DNA from: Polyangiales bacterium
GTDB taxonomy: Bacteria > Myxococcota_A > Polyangia > Polyangiales > Houyiibacteriaceae
Reading direction: 5' to 3'
Assembly (NCBI GenBank): GCA_049691835.1
Contig: JBAVOF010000314.1
Coordinates: 1-42,411, forward strand
Length of the DNA stretch: 42,411 bases
Part shown: positions 35,777 through 42,411 of the stretch, piece by piece
Layout: each line of letters starts with the position of its first letter
Numbering within the stretch: position 1 is the first letter of the stretch
Position numbers and translations under genes: made by a program
Notes under the pieces: generated by a model
Told to the model about the DNA's origin: nothing
The model's input: the letters and a program-made list of their open reading frames with translations, nothing else
Databases searched by the model: none

Positions 35777-36444
35777 AGCGCGTCTAGATAGAGCTGGCCG
35801 CCGTCACCCTCGAGGTGCTTCTTGAAATGATGCGGTATTCGCAACATGTCCTTCCGGACGGCGGGGCGAATGACGGAGACAAAGACGCCATCGCCGATGT
35901 CCACCAAAGCGCCGAACGATACGAGGGTCTGGTTTCGCTTGTACGGACGTAGTCGCAGGAAGCCCCATCCGGCGCGAATGTCGTGTTGCTTCGAATGATC
36001 GACTCGGAACACCACCGTGCGCTGTTTGGGATCGAGGGTGGTTTGCAGTACATAGCGAACGTCGACCGGGCCCCATTGCTGTCGAACGGCAAGGTCTGCC
36101 TCCTCTCCAGCTTGGCGCTGAATCTCGGTCTCGGTCGCGAGGGGGATGAAGTTCTTGTAACCCGGCAAGTCGGTGAGGGCTCGCCATGCGACATCGATCG
36201 GCACGCCGACGAGTTGCCAGCTTTGCCCGCCAATCAACTTGAGCGAGCCACGCTGCTCGCTCTTGTGTTTCACGACCAGCTCGCCCGTGGCGAGCAGTTT
36301 CTTGTCCTCGTCCGTGAGCTGATCGTTGCTCGACAGCGACCTGGACGGGGCAGCTAGAGTCACCACGATGATGCAGAGCACGAGCAGGCCCGTGGTCAAA
36401 ATTGACCAGCGGTGGCGTTCCTGACTATGTCTGACTTCGGCCAT
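35773..36444 (-). CDS. Membrane-anchored SRPBCC (START/polyketide-cyclase-like) domain protein
   Basis: Track ORF 35773..36537 trimmed to ATG 36444 (MAEVRHSQERHRWSILTTGLLVLCIIVVTLAAPS, a signal anchor), which has AGGAAG 9 nt upstream. An ATG at 36537 remains possible. The body (VPIDVAWRALTDLPGYKNFIP...) looks SRPBCC-like. Confidence 0.55.
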   Translation of the reverse strand: MAEVRHSQERHRWSILTTGLLVLCIIVVTLAAPSRSLSSNDQLTDEDKKLLATGELVVKHKSEQRGSLKLIGGQSWQLVGVPIDVAWRALTDLPGYKNFIPLATETEIQRQAGEEADLAVRQQWGPVDVRYVLQTTLDPKQRTVVFRVDHSKQHDIRAGWGFLRLRPYKRNQTLVSFGALVDIGDGVFVSVIRPAVRKDMLRIPHHFKKHLEGDGGQLYLDAL

Positions 36445-38158
36445 GCGTGCGGTCTTCCTGATTCTGGTTCTCGTCGCTGCTTTCGCGGCCGTGAGGGCGA
36501 GCGCCAATCCGGATGACGGCGGGGCTCCCACGAGCATTCAGAGCCTTCCTCAAAATATCACATCAACCGCGGCGGTCGAGCTTGCCCCCGCGGGGCGATC
36601 CGAGCGCCTACCCGATTGGACGTCGATTCTCCCGCCACTCCTAGCGATCGTTCTCGCGTTACTGTGGCGTCACGTTCTGCTTGCGCTAGTCCTGGGCGTC
36701 TGGTGCGGAGCCTTCTTGGCCTCGGGATTGTCGCCGGTGGCTGCCTTCGCGCGATTGCTGGACACGTACATCGTCAACGCGATGGCCGATCACGGGCATG
36801 CCTCGATCCTGGTGTTCAGCTTATTGCTTGGCGGGATGCTAGGGCTGATGACGCAAAGCGGGGGTGCCAAGGGGCTTGCGTCTTGGGTGAGCACTGATAC
36901 TACCAGTCGCCGCCGCGGCCAACTGACCACCTGGTTACTCGGCTTGTTGGTCTTCTTCGACGATTACGCCAACTCGCTGCTCGTTGGCTCGGCGATGCGC
37001 CCTGTTACCGACCGCCTACGCATCAGCCGAGAGAAGCTGGCGTTCCTAGTCGACGCTACCGCGGCCCCGGTTTCTAGCCTGGCGCTCGTATCTTCGTGGA
37101 TCGGTGTGGAGGTCGGCTACATCGGAGATCAATTGACCCACCTCGGTATCGAGAGGGACGCGTATCTCACGTTCATCGAAACGATCCCGTTTCGATTTTA
37201 TCCCATTTTGATGTTGCTTTTCGTCGGCTGGCTCGGGTTTCGTGGGCGTGACTTTGGCCCCATGTTGTCCGCAGAACGGCGCGCAGCCGAAGAAGGTTTG
37301 GTGTCGCGCCCCGGTTCTCAACCCGCCTCGGACTTCCATGAGGCCGCGGTCTCTGATGACGTTCCTGGCCGTCCGATGAACGCTTTGATTCCGGTCGTCG
37401 TTCTGGTCGTCGCCGCGGCGATTGGGATCTATGTCGATGGCCGCGCCAAGACCCTATCCGCGGGGACGGAGCTTTCGCTTCGGACAATTGTGGGGCAGGC
37501 GAGCTCCACCGCGGCGATGCTGTGGGCGACTGGTGCCGGTTGCCTCGTCGCGCTCGCCCTTGCGGTTGGGAGCGGCGCACTGACATTCAACAAGTCGATC
37601 GACGCATGGGTGTCCGGCATGCGGTCGATGCTCTTTGCGGCCGTCATCCTCGTCTTGGCCTGGTCGCTCGGCGCTGTGTGTCGCGACCTCGGCACCGCTT
37701 CATTCCTCATCGGCGCGGTAGGTGACTGGATCTCTCCGACCTGGATTCCAGCAACGGTTTTCATCATGGCGGCATTGGTCAGCTTCGCGACGGGCACGTC
37801 GTGGGGCACGATGGCGATCCTCTTCCCGCTGACCGTGCCGCTCGCTCACCAGATTGCACCGGGCAATGAGACGATCCTCCTGGGCACCGTCTCGTCCATC
37901 CTTGCCGGCTCCGTATGGGGCGACCACTGCTCTCCGATCTCCGATACGACTGTCCTCAGCTCGATGGCAAGCAGTTGCGACCACATGGATCACGTTCGAA
38001 CGCAGCTGCCGTATGCTCTGCTGATCGGAGGCGTGAGCTTAGTTTGCGCAGAGGTCCCTGTGGCCGCAGGTTGGTACGGGCCGTGGGTTGGCTTGCTCGT
38101 CGGATCGGTCGTGATGGTCGCTGCGTTCGAGGTGCTGAGCCGCCCCGTCTCACGGTAA
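36443..38158 (+). CDS. Na+/H+ antiporter NhaC-family transporter
   Basis: 571 aa. It has a signal-like N-terminus MRAVFLILVLVAAFAAVRASA followed by about 12 TM segments. LLPPLLAIVLALLWRHVLLALVLGVW..., FFDDYANSLLVG and WGDHCSPISDTT are typical of NhaC-like proteins. Confidence 0.7.
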   Translation: MRAVFLILVLVAAFAAVRASANPDDGGAPTSIQSLPQNITSTAAVELAPAGRSERLPDWTSILPPLLAIVLALLWRHVLLALVLGVWCGAFLASGLSPVAAFARLLDTYIVNAMADHGHASILVFSLLLGGMLGLMTQSGGAKGLASWVSTDTTSRRRGQLTTWLLGLLVFFDDYANSLLVGSAMRPVTDRLRISREKLAFLVDATAAPVSSLALVSSWIGVEVGYIGDQLTHLGIERDAYLTFIETIPFRFYPILMLLFVGWLGFRGRDFGPMLSAERRAAEEGLVSRPGSQPASDFHEAAVSDDVPGRPMNALIPVVVLVVAAAIGIYVDGRAKTLSAGTELSLRTIVGQASSTAAMLWATGAGCLVALALAVGSGALTFNKSIDAWVSGMRSMLFAAVILVLAWSLGAVCRDLGTASFLIGAVGDWISPTWIPATVFIMAALVSFATGTSWGTMAILFPLTVPLAHQIAPGNETILLGTVSSILAGSVWGDHCSPISDTTVLSSMASSCDHMDHVRTQLPYALLIGGVSLVCAEVPVAAGWYGPWVGLLVGSVVMVAAFEVLSRPVSR

Positions 38159-39661
38159 GTCCTCGGCGATGATCTCTCCCGATTCGAGCTGGTCCCTGAG
38201 TCGTCGCTTCAAAGTCTTGCCGCTGGTCCCTTGGGGGAGCTCCTCGACGAATGCGTATCGCCGCGGCGCCTTGTAGCCAGACAGCTTCTCCCGAACCCAG
38301 AGATCGAGCGCCGTTGCCGTGACGAGGTCGGTTCGTACGACGACCGCGACGATTTCCTCACCGTAGTAGTCGTCAGGTTGCCCCACTACGGCCACGTCTT
38401 GAATCGCTGGATGATGAGCCAGGACGTTCTCGATTTCCGAAGGATAAATGCTGGCGCCACCGCGTAGGATCAGATCCTTGCTCCGGTCGGCGATCGTTAG
38501 CCGGCCTGCGTCGTCCAGGAAGCCGATGTCGCCGGTATGCAGCCAGCCGCCGCGCATGGCGTGCGCCGTTGCGAGCTTGTCATCGAGGTAGCCCGCCATC
38601 ACGTTCTGACCGCGAATCAGAACTTCCCCATGCGCGCCCCTCGGCAGCTCGTCGCCAAAGTCATCGGCGATCCGCACCTCGACGCCTGCCACGGGCATGC
38701 CCGAGGATCCGGGAACGGCCAGATCCGGTGGAGCATTGATGGTAGAGAAAGTCGCCTCCGTGAGCCCGTAGCCCTGGCGCACCGGTGCCCCCAATCGCTC
38801 CTCCGCGCGCACCCGGACGTCTTCGGGGAGTGGCGCGCCCGCGCTCATGCACCATCGAAGAGATGGTGGCTTGGTCTGCGCGCTCGCCTTGGACCAGGCG
38901 ACGAACATCGTCGGCACGCCGGGCAGCCAGCTGATTCGATGGTTGGTGCAGAGCTCGAGCGTGCGCGTGGGCGAGAACCTGGGAACGAACACCGTGCGCG
39001 CGCCCGCATGGAATGGCACCAATAGCGTCATTCGAATGCCATAGGAGTGGCTGAGGGGCAGCGTTCCAAGGATGCGATCCTCTTCGGTAAGCAGCAGCGA
39101 TTCTTCGACTAGCGCCCTGGTGTGTGCTCCTAGGGACCCGTGCGTGATGCAAACCCCTTTGGCCGCGCCCGTCGTTCCCGAAGTGTAGAGCAGCATCGCC
39201 AAGGTGTCGGGGGAGACTTCGCGCGGACTCGCCTCGCGCTTGGTGTTGGCGATCGCATCCTCGACGAGGAGAACCTCGCAGGCCGTTCCCGCACCTGACG
39301 TGCTTTCACGGGCAACCTCGGACCGGTCGGTGTCGGTGAGCAGCGCCTTGCAGCGCGCGTGCTGCAGTCGGAATGCGACCTCATGAGCCGTGGACATCAT
39401 CGGGATCGGAAGCGTGACGCAGCCAGCGTAGACGGCCCCAAACCAGGCGGACACGAAGTCCAGCCCGTTTGCGGTGCAAATCGCAACCCGATCACCAACG
39501 CCCAGGCCGCGCTCGCGCAGGTGCGCCGCAACCCGGGAGGCCTGGCGATCGAGCTCCCCATAACTGAGGGTCAGATCGTCGCGTCCAGAGTCGATGACGG
39601 CGGTGCGCCGCGGATCTCGCTTGGCCCAACCATGCAGCAGCAGTCCGACGTTCGCGCTCAC
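38150..39661 (-). CDS. AMP-dependent acyl-CoA synthetase/ligase (fatty-acid-CoA ligase-like)
   Basis: Track ORF 38150..39853 trimmed to the in-frame GTG at 39661 (VSANVGLLLHGWAKRDPRRTAVID..., a typical family N-terminus, 503 aa). An ATG at 39727 is the alternative. Motifs: LLYTSGTTGAAKGV, GYGLTE, TGDIGFLDDAGRLTIADRSKD, SGKTLKR. Confidence 0.8.
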   Translation of the reverse strand: MSANVGLLLHGWAKRDPRRTAVIDSGRDDLTLSYGELDRQASRVAAHLRERGLGVGDRVAICTANGLDFVSAWFGAVYAGCVTLPIPMMSTAHEVAFRLQHARCKALLTDTDRSEVARESTSGAGTACEVLLVEDAIANTKREASPREVSPDTLAMLLYTSGTTGAAKGVCITHGSLGAHTRALVEESLLLTEEDRILGTLPLSHSYGIRMTLLVPFHAGARTVFVPRFSPTRTLELCTNHRISWLPGVPTMFVAWSKASAQTKPPSLRWCMSAGAPLPEDVRVRAEERLGAPVRQGYGLTEATFSTINAPPDLAVPGSSGMPVAGVEVRIADDFGDELPRGAHGEVLIRGQNVMAGYLDDKLATAHAMRGGWLHTGDIGFLDDAGRLTIADRSKDLILRGGASIYPSEIENVLAHHPAIQDVAVVGQPDDYYGEEIVAVVVRTDLVTATALDLWVREKLSGYKAPRRYAFVEELPQGTSGKTLKRRLRDQLESGEIIAEDLP

Positions 39662-39725
39662 CGGCGGGAATCTAGCACGCGGGGCCGGCCTGGACGGACG
39701 CCCCCGACGCGTTACGCTTCGCCGC

Positions 39726-40712
39726 ATGCCCAAAGCAAGCGCGATTCGTATTCGTGAATCCGGTGGTCCTGAGGTCCTCGAGCTCGGTGAGATCGAGGTT
39801 TCCAATCCTGGGCCGTCAGAAGTGCTCGTCGAGGTCGCTGCGGCCGGCCTCAACCGTGCCGACTGCTTGCAGCGTCGTGGTTTCTATCCGGCGCCTCTCG
39901 GCGTCCCACCGGACGTGCCCGGCCTCGAGTTTGCCGGGGTGGTCGAGTCGGTCGGCCAAGCGGTGAGCACATGGAAACCCGGCGACCTGGTGATGGGTAT
40001 CGTGGGTGGCGGAGCGATGGCGACGCGTGTGCTGACCGAGGGCGGGGAACTGATGCCGGTGCCACCTGGGCTGTCGCTGGAAGCCGCAGCAGCCATCCCC
40101 GAAGCGTTCCTGACGGCCTACGATGCCATCGTACTGCAGGGTGGCTTGGAGACTGGTCAGACGGTCCTGCTCCACGCCGTCGCGAGCGGTGTCGGCACCG
40201 CCGGAATCCAGATCGCCGCGGCCCTTGGCGCCATATCGGTCGGCACCTCACGGACCGCGCATAAGCTCATCCGGTGTGCGGAGCTCGGTCTCGCCCACTC
40301 CGTCCTCGTCGAGGATGGCCGATTTGCGGATGCCGTTCTCGCCGCAGTGCCGGGGGGCGCCGACGTGATTCTCGATACCATTGGAGCGGCCTACCTGGTC
40401 CAAAACGTTCAAGTGGTTGCGAAGAAGGGTCGTATCATCGTGATCGGGTTGATGGGCGGCGTGAAGGGGGAGCTTGCATTGGGCACGCTCCTCGCGAAAC
40501 GAGCCTCGATTCACGGGTCCGTTCTTCGTAGCCGCTCATCCACGGAAAAGGTGGAGCTGACGCGTTCATTCACCGAGAACATGCTGGGTCGGTTTGCCAC
40601 GGGCGAGCTGGAACCGATAATCGAAGAGGTCTTGCCGATGACCGACGTGCAGTCGGCGCACCGACGAATGGACGCCAACGAGACGTTCGGCAAGTTGGTG
40701 CTTCGTTGGTAG
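39726..40712 (+). CDS. NAD(P)H:quinone oxidoreductase, zeta-crystallin/MDR family
   Basis: Track ORF 39594..40712 trimmed to ATG 39726 (MPKASAIRIRESGGPEVLELGE...). AAGLNRADCLQRRGFYP, HAVASGVGTAGIQIA, ...HRRMDANETFGKLVL. Confidence 0.85.
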   Translation: MPKASAIRIRESGGPEVLELGEIEVSNPGPSEVLVEVAAAGLNRADCLQRRGFYPAPLGVPPDVPGLEFAGVVESVGQAVSTWKPGDLVMGIVGGGAMATRVLTEGGELMPVPPGLSLEAAAAIPEAFLTAYDAIVLQGGLETGQTVLLHAVASGVGTAGIQIAAALGAISVGTSRTAHKLIRCAELGLAHSVLVEDGRFADAVLAAVPGGADVILDTIGAAYLVQNVQVVAKKGRIIVIGLMGGVKGELALGTLLAKRASIHGSVLRSRSSTEKVELTRSFTENMLGRFATGELEPIIEEVLPMTDVQSAHRRMDANETFGKLVLRW

Positions 40713-40764
40713 AGTCCCGCCGTAGGGCCGTAGGACAGCGAGCTTCGGCGTGCTCAGATGCCGC

Positions 40765-41604
40765 TTACAGTTTTAGGGCCCGTTTGACGTAGTTGGGGAG
40801 CGCGAAGGCGGCCCGGTGGACGTCTCCGTTGTACGCTTTCAGACCGTTCACGACAGCCGCCTGGCGCTCTGGGAATGGGCGCATGGGCTCTCCGGTGTCC
40901 GAGCACCAGGTCCAACTCCAGGTTCCGGTTCCGTAGAGCGGAACCGGACCCATGTACGGGTGCACCTCCGAAAAGAGCTCGCGGAGCTTGTGTTGGATCT
41001 CGACGAATAGGTCGATGGTCAACAACGGTGATTCGCTCTGAAGCACCATGACGCCTCCGGAAACCAGCATGCGTTTGCATCCTCGATAGAAGGCCTCGTC
41101 GTAGAGCGCCGCGCCCAGGCCCACTGGGTCGGTACTGTCGAGCAGAATGACGTCGTATCCTTCGTCGGCGCTCGCCGCCACGTATTCGGCGCCGTCGATG
41201 AATCGGACGTCGAGTCGTGGATCTTCCCAGGCGGTTCCAATTCCGGGGAGATGCTCCTTTGATGCTTCGACGACCATCCTGTCTATCTCGATCATCACGC
41301 ACTGGCGAACATCGGCATGCCTGAGAACCTCGCGGACGGTGCCGCCGTCGCCACCGCCGATGACGAGGACGCGTTCGATGCTTCGGGCCGTCGTCATTGC
41401 AGGGTGAACGAGCATCTCGTGATAGAGAAACTCGTCGCGCTCGCTTGTCATGAACACATCATCGATGACCAGCACTCGGCCGAAGCCAACCGTGTCGATC
41501 ACTTCGACCATTTGGTATGGGCTTTGGGCCGAGAAGAGAGTGTTTTTGACCCGGAGCCCGAGCCGCGTGTGCTCGTCAAAAGTCTCGTCGTACCAGAGCC
41601 CCAT
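40765..41604 (-). CDS. speE: Polyamine aminopropyltransferase (spermidine synthase)
   Basis: 279 aa. QSPYQMVEVIDT..GRVLVIDD..MTSERDEFLYHEML.H, VLVIGGGDGG, DVILLDSTDP. Confidence 0.9.
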   Translation of the reverse strand: MGLWYDETFDEHTRLGLRVKNTLFSAQSPYQMVEVIDTVGFGRVLVIDDVFMTSERDEFLYHEMLVHPAMTTARSIERVLVIGGGDGGTVREVLRHADVRQCVMIEIDRMVVEASKEHLPGIGTAWEDPRLDVRFIDGAEYVAASADEGYDVILLDSTDPVGLGAALYDEAFYRGCKRMLVSGGVMVLQSESPLLTIDLFVEIQHKLRELFSEVHPYMGPVPLYGTGTWSWTWCSDTGEPMRPFPERQAAVVNGLKAYNGDVHRAAFALPNYVKRALKL

Positions 41605-41614
41605 CCATTCCTCG

Positions 41615-42397
41615 CTAGAGACAGAGTTGAAGTTGCCGATTTGCCGCTAGGCCGAGCGCCAGCGGCTCTCGTTGCCTCGCCAAAAATAACTCGGTGTTCC
41701 GACCCCCGAGCACTGCTTCCGCGGAGCTCTGTGCGAGCCCGGGAGTGTTGTTCGTTTCCGACAAATGCATCAGCACGACGCGCTTCGGGGTATGCGGGAG
41801 GCGCGCCAAGAGGTCAGCGGCCTGTGCGTTTGACAGGTGCCCGAGCCGTCCGCCAACACGACGCTTCAGCGCCGCGGGGTAGGGGCCTGTGGCGAGCATG
41901 TCGGGGTCGTGGTTGCTCTCCAGCAGGAGCGTTTCACACTCGCCGAGGAAGTGCTCGATCCGGTCGGGAACGTGACCGAGGTCGGTGACCAAGCCTACCG
42001 CCGTCTCCTTCGTCTCGAAGACCAGCGCGACTTGCGGCGCATCGTGGGGGATCGAGCACGAACGGATGGTGATATCGCCAACGATGAAGGACCGTCCGAC
42101 CGTGAACGTTTCGGTGTGCGCCGTGGCTCGGAGGCGGATGGATGACATCGTTGCCTCGCTGGCTAGTACGGTGCAGCCAAGGCGCGTAGCATACACAGAG
42201 GCGTGCGCTGCGTGATCGGAATGACCATGCGTCACGATGAGCGCCGACACATAGCTCGGCGCATCTCGTCCGATCGCGGCGAAGCGATCAACGAGCTTCC
42301 GGTGTGAGAGCCCCGCATCAACGAGCAATCTCGTATCCCCGGACTCCAAGAGAAGCGCGTTCCCTTCGCTACCGCTTCCGAGAATCGTGATCTGCAC
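41615..42397 (-). CDS. MBL-fold metallo-hydrolase
   Basis: 260 aa. MQITILGSGSEGNALLLESGDTRLLVDAG and the THGHSDH metal motif. Its stop lies 10 nt upstream of the speE start. Confidence 0.8.
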   Translation of the reverse strand: MQITILGSGSEGNALLLESGDTRLLVDAGLSHRKLVDRFAAIGRDAPSYVSALIVTHGHSDHAAHASVYATRLGCTVLASEATMSSIRLRATAHTETFTVGRSFIVGDITIRSCSIPHDAPQVALVFETKETAVGLVTDLGHVPDRIEHFLGECETLLLESNHDPDMLATGPYPAALKRRVGGRLGHLSNAQAADLLARLPHTPKRVVLMHLSETNNTPGLAQSSAEAVLGGRNTELFLARQREPLALGLAANRQLQLCL

Positions 42398-42411
42398 GAC
42401 TGACCTAGAGC

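Noticed and set aside
39725-39728. A second CATG start-start overlap, between the acyl-CoA ligase and the quinone oxidoreductase.
   Set aside because: The ligase ORF extension from ATG 39727 adds only an Arg/Pro-rich peptide (MRRSVTRRGRPSRPAPRARFPP). The family-typical N-terminus begins at the in-frame GTG 39661, which leaves a 64-nt spacer. The overlap is kept only as an alternative.

Overview
This is a GC-rich bacterial chromosomal segment (roughly two-thirds G+C by eye, not computed). The gene content resembles Myxococcota: a eukaryote-like Ser/Thr kinase, a PP2C/FHA pair, a PEGA domain, an OmpA protein with thrombospondin type-3 repeats, and many lipoproteins. That taxonomic assignment is inference only. 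I call 35 protein-coding genes, one tRNA-Thr(CGU) and a few candidate promoters and hairpins. One gene, a PolX DNA polymerase at the left edge, is absent from the ORF track because it runs off the window. I saw no rRNA, CRISPR array, transposase, integrase or phage gene, so this looks like core chromosome rather than an accessory island. Several track ORFs were shortened to better-supported internal starts, and the long antisense ORFs typical of high-GC DNA were rejected. The most unusual items are: (1) a HAD-IIB phosphatase fused to a minimal P-loop module, divergent from polX; (2) a 1115-aa kinase with a C-terminal non-RD kinase domain and about 820 aa of unassigned N-terminal sequence, back-to-back with a SprT-like protease and a two-component pair; (3) an intramembrane-type histidine kinase/OmpR-type regulator directly upstream of an acyl-CoA desaturase; (4) a hyper-acidic 125-aa protein behind a near-consensus sigma70-like promoter; (5) a block of five genes alternating strand with essentially zero intergenic DNA; (6) recurrent -10-like hexamers 6-8 nt upstream of start codons, which may indicate leaderless mRNAs. 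All functional calls rest on motifs I recognise by eye. No database search was run.
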